Virus record (IMG/VR): IMGVR_UViG_3300050121_000298
Location: 615 to 64,614 of that record
Direction: 5' to 3' (one strand)
From: a virus
Taxonomy: Duplodnaviria; Caudoviricetes
Length of the DNA stretch: 64,000 nt
Part shown: positions 40,301 through 47,828 of the stretch, in pieces
Layout: each line of letters starts with the position of its first letter
Position numbering within the stretch: position 1 is the stretch's first letter
The notes under the pieces: generated by a model
The model's database searches: none
What the model was told of the DNA's origin: nothing
Seen by the model: the letters and a program-made list of their open reading frames with translations, nothing else
Position numbers and translations under genes: made by a program

Positions 40301-42523
40301 TGATAGTTTATTTTTGAAGTCATTACCAAATCTCTGAGCAAAATCTGAGGTACTGGCAAAAAATTCTTTGGGATATACTGCGGAGAATTTCTCAATAGCA
40401 TCCGTCTTAGGGTCTTTGTTATATACTTTGATCTGTAGCGCCTTTTGGCCATTACTATCTGTTATAGATATCTGGATATGAAAAGCGTCTGACACTTCCG
40501 ATCCTGTAGTCTTATGAAGCGGAGTAAACCACCATTTATCTTTAAATGTCTGAAGAAGGTTGTCTTGAGAAGTCTGATCCTTACCCTCCACATCGGTGAG
40601 TAAAGTAGTAACAGCATTGGCAAACCGGACATCTCTACTATCGGTATTTACCGTGAGAGGATGAAACTGTATAGTACTACCCGAGTAACGGATCATCACA
40701 TAGTCGCCATTGGGAGGAACCTGAGAGAATTCGAAGGCAGCCTTGCGGGCTAATAGTCCTTTATCACTGTTGTCTTTACTAAAGATGGCCTCAAAGAGTT
40801 GCTGCTGAGTCAGAGGAAGACCGTTGTGCATGACACGTTGGTTGGGGCCTAGAGTATTGAGAACTTCCCATCTACTGGTTGTATTCAGGTTTTCATACTG
40901 TTCTAAACTGGAGACGACATTACCACTTTGTTTCTTCCTTAAAATGAAAGGAACGTTTATCTGTTGACTGGCATTCTCGATCACATCTCCTTTTTTATGA
41001 TCGGCTTCGTCATTTTCATACAAGGATACTACTTTGTATTCCGGAGCTACTTCATCGTGTTTCTGGATATAGTCGTTAAGAAGTATCTCAGGACCTTTGT
41101 CACTTACCCGTGTGGCAACCGTGTTTATGTTGTAGTATTTCAGAAATAGTTCGGTGATATCTGCACTGGGATTGGTAAGGAGTAAGTCATTGACTTTCTT
41201 AGCGAATTCTTTATAGTACCTGTCGGCACTTATCAAAGAGTTAATGTCTGCGTCTGAGAGGAAGTTACTTCCATTACGGGTACGTAACCTAGCCAGGGAC
41301 TTCAGCTTACTTATGTGATCCGGGTTAGAGAAATCAAAGGGAATAGTGTGATTGGTGTTATCTACGATAGTCAGGTTCTCATGAGTGTAGATACTAAACA
41401 GAGCATTTTCTCCTTTTACCTTACCTGCGATAGAGAAGCCATCACCCATCATCTGACGTGATACCCCCAACACTTCGGCATGTGTCTTGGTGTTTCTAAG
41501 TTTATCCTGTTGTTGTTGATTCTCAAAAGTCTCTCTGGTTCTGTTGGTAGGTTCTTTACCCTCACGGACAGCAGCGTTTTTTGCTCTGTTAACACGTTCA
41601 TCGCCAATAGTACCTGATGTTATAGCAAAGATCTGTATCTTGCCGGCCATGTGTTCGGGTGTCAACCCTGCCAATAGACCGGTAGCATCTTTCTTGTCTT
41701 CTCCATGGGCGTCTTCGACACTGGTAGCGACAAACCGCAAACCACTCTTTATGGCAGACTGTGAGAAGATGTGTTCGGGACCGTGAGTCTTATCCACTAG
41801 TGGTAAAGACTTACGGGTTCTTAGTATCTCATCTTTCTTTATGATGTCTCCATCAAGAGTTTCATATTGACCACTATTGTATATTCCCTCTACAGTCTCC
41901 AGGTTTCGGGTTGTGATAAGAAGAGTATCCAGTCCTATCGCAGAATCCCGGAAAGGGACATACGTAGAATATGTAAGTAATTCGTTATTAAGATCGTCAA
42001 TGGTACGAAGGACGAGTTCTATATTATTTGTTGCTCTCTCTGAGACGACCTTCTTAAGTGTCTCTACCAGATCAGTAAGTAATTTGACTTTTGCTTCTTC
42101 AGTAGGATGAGAGAAAGACTTTAGTATCTGTAGATCAGAGAAGATTTCTTTTATATCGTCAGTGAAGATGACCCCTGAAAGAGCATTGATGTGTGCCAGG
42201 ATGTATTCCTGAGTCACCTGTTTCCCGGTACCACTTATCCCCATCAGTTTCGAGAACTGAGTGAGGAATTCTTTAGATTCTAAAGCATCCAGAGACAACA
42301 CCTTATCGGCATTACCTTTCTGAAAACTCTCCGGAAATTGAGAGGATATATTGGAGAATATTTCAGCTACCTTAAGAAGGGCTATAGCTCTTGTTTGTTC
42401 TGTCCCTGTGATTTTAAAGATGACCTTTGCAACGTTATCGTAGTTGTTAAACCTGTTACGGTCATGTTGGTATAACTTATCTATGATGGGTAAGAACTCG
42501 GACGAATTTACACTACAACTCAT
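31313..42523 (-). CDS. Virion-packaged DNA-dependent RNA polymerase (crAss-like two-barrel RNAP polyprotein with zincin domain)
   Basis: 3736 aa; TRIPTEDKRSM...NTIIVP......AGSDLDIDSIY catalytic loop (DxDxD at 34616-34630); KVFDGQS and K.V motifs of the second barrel; HEAFH...EEILAE zincin motif. Confidence 0.9.
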   Translation of the reverse strand: MSCSVNSSEFLPIIDKLYQHDRNRFNNYDNVAKVIFKITGTEQTRAIALLKVAEIFSNISSQFPESFQKGNADKVLSLDALESKEFLTQFSKLMGISGTGKQVTQEYILAHINALSGVIFTDDIKEIFSDLQILKSFSHPTEEAKVKLLTDLVETLKKVVSERATNNIELVLRTIDDLNNELLTYSTYVPFRDSAIGLDTLLITTRNLETVEGIYNSGQYETLDGDIIKKDEILRTRKSLPLVDKTHGPEHIFSQSAIKSGLRFVATSVEDAHGEDKKDATGLLAGLTPEHMAGKIQIFAITSGTIGDERVNRAKNAAVREGKEPTNRTRETFENQQQQDKLRNTKTHAEVLGVSRQMMGDGFSIAGKVKGENALFSIYTHENLTIVDNTNHTIPFDFSNPDHISKLKSLARLRTRNGSNFLSDADINSLISADRYYKEFAKKVNDLLLTNPSADITELFLKYYNINTVATRVSDKGPEILLNDYIQKHDEVAPEYKVVSLYENDEADHKKGDVIENASQQINVPFILRKKQSGNVVSSLEQYENLNTTSRWEVLNTLGPNQRVMHNGLPLTQQQLFEAIFSKDNSDKGLLARKAAFEFSQVPPNGDYVMIRYSGSTIQFHPLTVNTDSRDVRFANAVTTLLTDVEGKDQTSQDNLLQTFKDKWWFTPLHKTTGSEVSDAFHIQISITDSNGQKALQIKVYNKDPKTDAIEKFSAVYPKEFFASTSDFAQRFGNDFKNKLSDFLKNHPDPSLVEAVVKELTYKSYVPNLLVAATDNKTGKYKLRLGADSLDTSDFTTNVIENNNLYIERKISTDSSAGVSKIAQVNGLQEVASDKVVYEDDEIGGFESLQEDNFNTSYSQPYTEERLASESAWLADKLPQFNLSKEDVTSLLSKINVDGTVLGFIEGKVIYLNKTLATGGTIFHEAFHGVFGNMLSTEQQKYYTDKIIGDKKYAAHFTDKALTEFARRRKINKSHDQVKSLVAEEILAEGFRSHMQNKDAKGIFKKLYNLIKKFIALFKNNPTRLYDRIDSGFYKDNALHVQNRDRAYQLLETRGKLYEKEYGVTPVRQYLSIADQADITYRIVDEMLHASNTGVVTNGINTRLTDREKFDSICDTLAKGDFSIDGLINKNQVTDKALQEKIRAKYDSAYANIAAILGVNGSDFVATYDNGTSNKRNDNKVVENTTTLNNKDEITTVLKNSNEVLFQQVKELLKHLRREKKYVDQTGETNTDESITEDNRVNGVENTSDENDTDENPLGENYDNTSLNINVIDTIRYEVRRFLSVIKYEQVDPELGIKVPHMVDGVNIFNVLLKITANCTPEEIFSFENGQVNSIIKSAADQFEDDGHHDISDMLKAVFKTIEDSISVTTETGDKVISNSDNNILVKQLISTFHNAEIELLQSVNSINTWASPGQIENDEVESAVRSTVTEKLVSGDVKQRMSTFESMINATILKVKASEKAKKEFKAVVSSIKADHNKITTSSKSKQITEVATLLAPSELKTLVDSLFDKYQKIGLQIPRSLIKFSILAIDRVENNVSTDTGIFKDLNMYSSNITNGQYLPKTFFSSLNNVLDKMAEGVEWNDLFSYAEGKKKTPLNPDAEIVRSSLKSAMGFVVKFDPMDAPSMVINAEGKPIYRYTKYSPLIMMVQDFNKNLRKALESSTLYDDFLQDWYTHNPLIAKALSTTTTSEEIKNGRDVEKMQMRLFVQNMQIYVNGGLLVMKDGTRQSADEYKHMGSKQLYIQTLGLFANRKIASRTMSIQNTDTNEARTANVESITFARNMSQQEGSQTNYLIDSFYKRYERQVGAQKHKPAVDQLIQFAWQEFERIRKEWKDKENKLANYNTEHGNTLVLGYNSKKSDEITVDDKSLRAYNFQMLNNVFGTGYKDEDVSENTRQVREDLLAIARGETNHEDGSEIGFAEAVSKTGLRGMLNDHMETSFQAHLDQLNSFGIINHNETNAAGNKVVTFSKENNFKQIKQGIRVMDLLRNAESVDDAYKYAYDNVEDFVYDSFMNTYINGITVNQLFDGDPAMGIKNEVDYFKRNKKNLAAGEHMNRMVTSAFLDTLFTHMNSTDILSGQYDTEQELQNHYSSKEEYVDAMKGTSSGVKVFDGQSIASMMHRIDLEDDLGKLSGADRELLLAMNYRSLTEGEIRQLENSNIVINSAKTVVASKENYLKMSEHTYLRSDSSILIDPVTGRPIREENVEAFQKMLHDLYSQIYDLRQSLKDTQLRNRDVKANDIQRADVEDKVKELYKVIHDYWMPVKGREMHHMILNSMEFHNIDMLMDTEASKTVTFMTTNINDRKTVPQENDTTFQGSSDGKSYISLNRSKKLIDGRYKFLQVVTSGQHEEAKSSVQAKMLLTADIHWLISQLGTQHATSAQRGAIVNRANRISKYFEDFKSTLSESALARYDNLMQTYRDENHNLIIGEFVDSIRKSLADRGSDSNTMKYFEIDTEGNPVFDVDNPIIRAMFQAKFFAHYSKTVFDEHVKGNKYIHASSYGYKLIVNKNTGEVVPMYEYKKNPAAYSGEEYTTRYPGVSVETHDEVTMVKGKKVTESVKTYFVEAIVPMPMFKSDSERELYMDKMNKLFATRIPTEDKRSMIALKIVDWIDSSYRNTIIVPQLVHLLAGSDLDIDSIYTHEYASYSDIFGEAHVYGDYSKYITDQSSAKYLEYLYSHYSKNKSDINPVIKDLLDLIKTHPEELQSDEVDRIMKIYGLDDFKELNTRLSEYTALNDQLDKLSDSYFTLRDSNEWLDEQESGDLADWNSQGQLSKERRDLKETVEEKRATMKQFVMPYLKSYVQFKAIIDDLSEKGLVASKVAYDETSVVPADVHQNRNLDARLGMLSNEDVFNRLYKNERTDSSVFGLIAKNIIGESPESVAQKFDRYTIDGVVLSNNTNSSSKMGISFAATANKLCALGSAYKLLIKPENTAWQIEITGKDGKTYLFNKLGQAIVDGASRPSQMVGSSLGMFADGAKEPIPAVLQINDVNASVMLSMMSIGMPEDMSVMFNFIPELRDAVQDVINGGKKEGQYVVQFADAIRKRINFRTGDQKSLKDKVIKEIAGLVLDPKKPGEFDRSQYSIKYTTPAILDKSRREGNTLSLKDLGFEVSFNGKEMSADAQKYIVLQSYLKQITLSQGMLDANRMISLLKSMKPDYAVLDKTADALEKLRHNDSVFLNSSSIFTTSIDNQLGSVFNVLEHTVHDMLDQSEKIHFSRQKSFTFLKSLFSQALTNNEVFTDILLQNFVMQKLRNQISNDKTISIEEANTLTNNAIAAGSILKARLKVLNTTLKNGTELTSDQQIEYKSLQKQIRVSNAEIKNASTIREAEKLRSTLSELFNSRFWFGGTSTPEITNLKQDMIYLIEQYPANSFVKSIGLFNKDDEKIPYQVLQINTKSKYDNTVKERTIDGYMELLKSADDKTKLIALKLAMHELVRNGFNSKPGSFMKFIDPNLFNGAITKYLNQNKAITDLKASFKSPEGLIDFLGEKSTLQQVMRDMYLKLVNEVPTHPQARDNKVYQSIKIETAEDHKTASLIFGKPFTNEVGPKEKRVQVSKKEIKEIDYVTTVAKPDEIINGKKVKTYDRSITFNMTSKEISAVSAQSVLKNFKIQNSTVTGRYIFPATITTFSGTVYILQKLAVGENPKWMRIDEVLAHEEHNTTECSAVAAKYIEMPPLSVSNISLTSFTEQQAKEFMAYATGDKPVFEKTEPTVPVNPGKTEYEEKVETKEIKPACK

Positions 42524-42537
42524 AAGTGAAATATTGG

Positions 42538-45500
42538 TTACTTTTTGCAGGTGAACGCTGCCTGTAACAATGAAGCTATGTCAGCATTCATGTCATCAGA
42601 TAAGTCGTCCTCTGTTATTAAGTTACCAAAATTTTCTGACTTTTCCTGCATAGTCTCTGTGTTTTTTATAAGATTCCCAAAATGTTCTACTATTTGGGTA
42701 CTTGTAAGGTCAAAGGTTTCAGGTTCTATAGTCATTGTAGGTTCTTTGGGTTGATTCTCTATTTCCATGGTCACATTCTCTGGTTGAGAAAATAGATCAG
42801 GTTGTTCACCGTTTATCTCGGCAAGGAAATTCTTTAATACTTTCTTGTAACTTGCTGTCTTAGTGTATTGCTCTAGTGTATCGACTTTGGTTTTTGTGTT
42901 TTTATTAATATTGTAATCTATCTGAGCAAACCGTACTCTCATACGAAACTCACTATACAGGTTTAAGGGAATACCTTTATCTTTAAACATCTTGAGTGCC
43001 GACTGAGTAAAATCCACGTTATCATTAAAGGCTTGTGCAATGTCATCAGCACGTTTTTTATCCTTATTAGTCAGTATCTCTGTTCCATTTTCATCTCTGA
43101 CAGTATATACCCCGTTCTCAGAGGTGACCTTAAACAAAGTGGCAGGTTTCTCCTCTGTAACAACCTCTGGTACTACTTCATGTTCGATGGGTTCTCCCTG
43201 TAACAGGTCATGTAAGTCTTGGACATTCATAGTCTTTACAGAATCCGGAGTCCACAATTTCACTTCATCAGATATCTCAGGACTCAATGTCTGTAAGTTA
43301 TTGGTCATCCAGTTGGCAAACGTATCGAAGATCATACTGAAATTATCAGTAGTGCTTTCTCTTTGAGCCATTAAGGAAATAGCCAGTGCCATTACTTCCA
43401 TCTTCAGATTAGGAGATCTGTCATGTGACCATCTATCAACATATTGTTGTATGATACTTCCTTCCGGATCATTCTTGATATCTTCATAGATGCTGTTAAA
43501 CAATACCTCATTGTTATTAAGTAGTTCTTTGACAAAGACATGTGGAAAAACACGTAAGAGAGTCATTCCGGGAATCAAGGTGCCTTTTTTAATGATGATT
43601 TTACCCTCTTTATCAAAGGTGGCTATCATCTTTGTCTCGTGTTTTACCAACTCTTCTTCTTCCCTTGTCGTGTCTTTGGTTTTAAGAGTACTAAATACCT
43701 CACGTCTATCTGACATGATCTTATCAAACTCTTCTGGTTCAAGGGTCTTTATCGTCATCCCGGGAAGAAGTACACCAAGGACATCCGTGATCGCTTTTTG
43801 GTCACGATCACGAGTCTCTTGGGATTTGCCATAGGTATCTAGCAGCCTTTTGGCTTGGGCATCGGCTTGGGCTTGTTCTTCTTTTGTTTTCTCATCTTGC
43901 GATAGATTAGTATTAAGAGGATTTTGTTCGGGTGTGTTCTTTAAAGTTTCGAGTTTATTCTTGTAGTCGTCATTGATATCGTCATATACCTTCTGAATCT
44001 TGTTCAGTTCTGTCTTAAAGTCTTCAGATATCTTCTCCTTTACCATGTCTGTGAAGGTGAGAGAATTTTCAAGGGTTTTATCCCCGGCAGGAATTATGAC
44101 AGGTTCATATCTGTTAGTAGTCTTGTTTAGTACAACTTGCCATGTGTACCCTTTCCATAGGGTAGGGTTTTGAGTGGCATCTATAATAGCCTTTCTGTTA
44201 CGAGAGTCTAGTGCATGTTGCGCGTCCAGTTCTGCTTTTTTTGCTGCAAACTCTTCTGACTTACGCCATTGTAGGACGTTAAGGGGTTGTACGGTAGTCC
44301 CAAGTGTATCTTGTTGGACTTCATCAGCAGTCTTACCCTGTAAAATACTGGCTTTTGTAATAGAAGTAGCATCAAAGGCATCAAAGGGTTCTTGAGGTAC
44401 TTCTACGGGAATTACTTTTGTAGGTTCTACTACCGGTTCGGTGACTTTGGGTTCCTTACCTAGTTCCTTATCTGTTAACGCCGTAATTTTTTCCTCTAAT
44501 GAAGTAACCAGAGTAAGAGCATAATTGTGCATCTCCACTCCTTCAGTGTTACTTGTGAGTAAAGCATGCAGTTTTACAAATTCAGTAGAAGTAGTGATAA
44601 AGTTATAGACTCTGGCCCTGGCTTCATCTACCTTCTGAAGTATGTCATTATGGAAATCACTTTTCTCTTCTTCAGTGAGTTTCTCGTCGTTTAACTCATT
44701 CACACTTTGTAACATGAGTCTCAGATACAGTTCATCACTAAATGATCGTAAGATGTTTCCTGTCATTTGACCCAGTGAAGAACTGAGACTGGCCCTGAAA
44801 TATCCATCGGCCATTCTCATATGAACCTTGAGGAAGTAGTCCGGATTAGAAAGCATCTCTACCGTATTCAAATGTTTCTTTGAGTCGTTACTTAAACGCA
44901 TGTAGTCTACCACTTTACCGAAGTTCTCAGCAGAGATACTTCCAGGGATAGTCGTAGTCAGTCCGGCTTGTTTATTTTTCAGGTTAAGGATCTTGGTAAA
45001 TAAATTAGCTACATCTTTATGATGCAAACCTTTTTCCAGTTCTGCATCGGTGATAGTCTTATTCGCTATTTTCTTTTTATCTGCCTTACCTACGTATACC
45101 CAGTCAGGTTGTCTCTCTTCACCTTTGGTGTTCTGCTCCATGACACCGGCATTCGTGTTATGCCACAGACTAATCCAGGTCTGAAGTGCTTCACGTTCTT
45201 GTTCTTTTCCTTTACGTTGTTCTATTAGTTGTTTCTTTGTCTCAGGGTCAGTAGTGTTATTGATCATAGTAGTCAGGTTACTGATTTCACTTTGTGCCTG
45301 ACCTCTTTCAGCTTCAGTAACATGGACGTCAGTGAGTACCCGCATCGCATAATCACTACTTGCACCTAACTCTTTGACAGATACTATTTCTCCCATCAGT
45401 TTCTTAGCACGTTCCCCAGTCATGTTCCCTTTGATATGACTCATAGCCATGATGTCAATAGCATCATACAAGGTCTGTTGTGCTATCTTACTACGCATGA

Positions 45501-47802
45501 AGTCAGTACTGTCTTTAGGAAAGATATAGGGGTCTATGGTAGGACCGTATTTTCGTACCAATGCTTGATGTGTGTCTGAATAAGTCTCTACGTCCTCGGC
45601 TATTTTTTTGGTGAAGTTCTTTACTGTCTTATAGTCTGTCTTGGTGACATCTATTCCGGTAGCTTCTTTAAACTGGTCGTTGGTGAAGGTCTCTCCGGTT
45701 TGTTCTACGATGTTTTTAAAGGCATCAATAGAGTTAGATCGCATGGCATCTCTTACTGATTCAAGAAAACTATCTTCTTTAGCATTATTGAATTGGTACG
45801 GATTACCTTGCTTTGCAGCTTCGGTCATGTCAACAGAGTTCTGTACCTGAGCGTTCATGTTACGGATATGTTCTGAAACGATACCACGTGCGTTGACAGC
45901 GAAGTTATTCTTTCGATCAATCATACTGGTAAACTCTTCTTTGTCATGTCTCTCTGCTTCCTGAGTCCCGGAAATAGTAGTGTTTACTTTTCCCATGATG
46001 TGTCCGAAGATGTGAGAAGGACCTGCTACCAGTCCACCTGTGAACGCTCCCATCAGGAATGTCTCCAGACCCATTTTACTATTCTGTTCTCCTGTAGCTT
46101 TAGCCATAGAGTCAGCTAGGTTAGCCGGTGCATTGAAATAGACTTTCTTATAGTAGTCTTCGGCACCAGACTGTACTATGTTCTGAAGTAACTCTTGTAC
46201 ACCTTCTGTAAACTCGAACTTAGTGGCTGTCTTAAACATCGACTTCCCCACTTCTTGCAAGGCTACTTTCTTACCGAACTTGTCAGCGATCTGACCCGCT
46301 ATACCTGGTACTCCCCAAAAACCTTTTGCGAAGTGACCTGTTGTCATACCGGCACGCTGTACAATATGTTCAAGACTCTCGGCTGCTTCATCCATGACCA
46401 TCTCACGGACAATTTTATTGGTAGGGACGAACTTGCTAAACATGTTACCAAACTGTATCTTATTCATGGTGAGTAACATGCCCACGTTAACATTAAAATC
46501 CAATGAAGAGGCTTTCATAGAAGCCTCTCTTATCTTAGCCATATCTTCTACATCAGCAGCTCGTCCATTCTGATCTTCAAAGTCTTTAACTAAAGCACTA
46601 TGCGTTTCACCATAGGCAGTCACTCCTTCAAAGGCAGCTTCCGAGACAGCAAGTGTCATCTCCTGAAGGCCGCGACGGAATCCACCAAAGCCTATGTTTG
46701 CAATCTGCATGGCACTTGCGCCAGCCTCCCCTGCTCTGGCCATCTCTCTCCCGGATTGAAGTAAGTCTCCGGCGACAGGGATCTGTTCTGCTCCCGCTAA
46801 TATTTTATTCCAAAGACCTTCAGCTTTACTTATCTCTGAGAGATTAAGACCTATAGCACGCTGTGTGTCCGCCACTGTCTTTCTGGCGAAGTCATTGAGT
46901 CTACTTAACTTGGAAGCATCTTTCGCCATATCTGCAGCATTCACTCCCGTTTTAGCAGCTTGGTCTGCGGCAACCTGTTCTACAGTCTTTGCAGCATCCT
47001 CAGTGGCTACCTTACCCGCAGTCTCAGCAGCAGTCTCTACGCCACTCTTTGCTACTTGTTCGGCAGCAATCTCTGCAGCAGTCTTTGTGCCTACTTTTGC
47101 GGCCACACTAGCGCCTTTCGATAGGGCAGAGACACCTTCACCTATGCCCAGGGTGACTACTGTCTCTAGTGCCATCTCAGCCATCGTACCCAAAGAGAAA
47201 CCGGCATTGGCAACGAAGTCTTTGGCGAAACGTTTGTTAAAGAAGGCGTCGTCTTGTTCCTTTGTCTGAAAGACGTTGGTTTTATTTGCGTTGTCAAGAT
47301 CACTATAGTATTGTTTCATCCTGTCATCTTCCTCCATGTTGATGCCATAGGCACCCATAGTGGCGATGGATCGTAAGAGTCTCCCAGTAGAGTAAGCTCC
47401 TTGCATGAAAGAGTTGGTGAACTTATACCCAAAGTCTTGAAAGGTCTTGTCTATGACTCTTCCCCAGGTGTCTGCTTTAGCAAACCTATCATTGTTACCT
47501 GGATCATTCGGGTCGAACCCTTCAGGAGTGTAGTTTTTCTGACTGGTGTATGAAGCTATGTTATCGGCATTAAAAGGTTTCTTGCCAGAACTGGCTGCAT
47601 CTACTTGACTTAGACTTTTTTGTGTGTCTTCTCTGAAAGCAGTGAAGGCATCAGCTAAAGGATCTGCCTGATAGGATGAATGTTTTACCGGAGGTATATC
47701 CGGAGGAGTCTGAGAACTATCAGAAGACGATGGAGTATCCGGTATTGACGAATTATCCGAAGGAGTATTAAATAAATCTGAGAAACCTAAGTCATCAGCC
47801 AT
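42538..47802 (-). CDS. Large virion cargo protein with hydrophobic helices (putative DNA-delivery channel)
   Basis: 1754 aa upstream of vRNAP; G/A-rich hydrophobic segments (GFSLGTMAEMALETVVTLGIG, FLMGAFTGGLVAG), EGVQELLQ motif. Confidence 0.65.
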   Translation of the reverse strand: MADDLGFSDLFNTPSDNSSIPDTPSSSDSSQTPPDIPPVKHSSYQADPLADAFTAFREDTQKSLSQVDAASSGKKPFNADNIASYTSQKNYTPEGFDPNDPGNNDRFAKADTWGRVIDKTFQDFGYKFTNSFMQGAYSTGRLLRSIATMGAYGINMEEDDRMKQYYSDLDNANKTNVFQTKEQDDAFFNKRFAKDFVANAGFSLGTMAEMALETVVTLGIGEGVSALSKGASVAAKVGTKTAAEIAAEQVAKSGVETAAETAGKVATEDAAKTVEQVAADQAAKTGVNAADMAKDASKLSRLNDFARKTVADTQRAIGLNLSEISKAEGLWNKILAGAEQIPVAGDLLQSGREMARAGEAGASAMQIANIGFGGFRRGLQEMTLAVSEAAFEGVTAYGETHSALVKDFEDQNGRAADVEDMAKIREASMKASSLDFNVNVGMLLTMNKIQFGNMFSKFVPTNKIVREMVMDEAAESLEHIVQRAGMTTGHFAKGFWGVPGIAGQIADKFGKKVALQEVGKSMFKTATKFEFTEGVQELLQNIVQSGAEDYYKKVYFNAPANLADSMAKATGEQNSKMGLETFLMGAFTGGLVAGPSHIFGHIMGKVNTTISGTQEAERHDKEEFTSMIDRKNNFAVNARGIVSEHIRNMNAQVQNSVDMTEAAKQGNPYQFNNAKEDSFLESVRDAMRSNSIDAFKNIVEQTGETFTNDQFKEATGIDVTKTDYKTVKNFTKKIAEDVETYSDTHQALVRKYGPTIDPYIFPKDSTDFMRSKIAQQTLYDAIDIMAMSHIKGNMTGERAKKLMGEIVSVKELGASSDYAMRVLTDVHVTEAERGQAQSEISNLTTMINNTTDPETKKQLIEQRKGKEQEREALQTWISLWHNTNAGVMEQNTKGEERQPDWVYVGKADKKKIANKTITDAELEKGLHHKDVANLFTKILNLKNKQAGLTTTIPGSISAENFGKVVDYMRLSNDSKKHLNTVEMLSNPDYFLKVHMRMADGYFRASLSSSLGQMTGNILRSFSDELYLRLMLQSVNELNDEKLTEEEKSDFHNDILQKVDEARARVYNFITTSTEFVKLHALLTSNTEGVEMHNYALTLVTSLEEKITALTDKELGKEPKVTEPVVEPTKVIPVEVPQEPFDAFDATSITKASILQGKTADEVQQDTLGTTVQPLNVLQWRKSEEFAAKKAELDAQHALDSRNRKAIIDATQNPTLWKGYTWQVVLNKTTNRYEPVIIPAGDKTLENSLTFTDMVKEKISEDFKTELNKIQKVYDDINDDYKNKLETLKNTPEQNPLNTNLSQDEKTKEEQAQADAQAKRLLDTYGKSQETRDRDQKAITDVLGVLLPGMTIKTLEPEEFDKIMSDRREVFSTLKTKDTTREEEELVKHETKMIATFDKEGKIIIKKGTLIPGMTLLRVFPHVFVKELLNNNEVLFNSIYEDIKNDPEGSIIQQYVDRWSHDRSPNLKMEVMALAISLMAQRESTTDNFSMIFDTFANWMTNNLQTLSPEISDEVKLWTPDSVKTMNVQDLHDLLQGEPIEHEVVPEVVTEEKPATLFKVTSENGVYTVRDENGTEILTNKDKKRADDIAQAFNDNVDFTQSALKMFKDKGIPLNLYSEFRMRVRFAQIDYNINKNTKTKVDTLEQYTKTASYKKVLKNFLAEINGEQPDLFSQPENVTMEIENQPKEPTMTIEPETFDLTSTQIVEHFGNLIKNTETMQEKSENFGNLITEDDLSDDMNADIASLLQAAFTCKK

Positions 47803-47828
47803 AAAACAAGTATTTTAGTAGGATTATC

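Noticed and set aside
13501-42523. Introns or inteins in PolB or RNAP
   Set aside because: Both are single continuous ORFs with no obvious intein termini or homing endonuclease motifs on reading
24476-47802. Bacterial polymorphic toxin/CDI or contractile injection system
   Set aside because: No TpsB, RHS, sheath or baseplate genes; the RNAP motif and neighbours indicate phage cargo proteins
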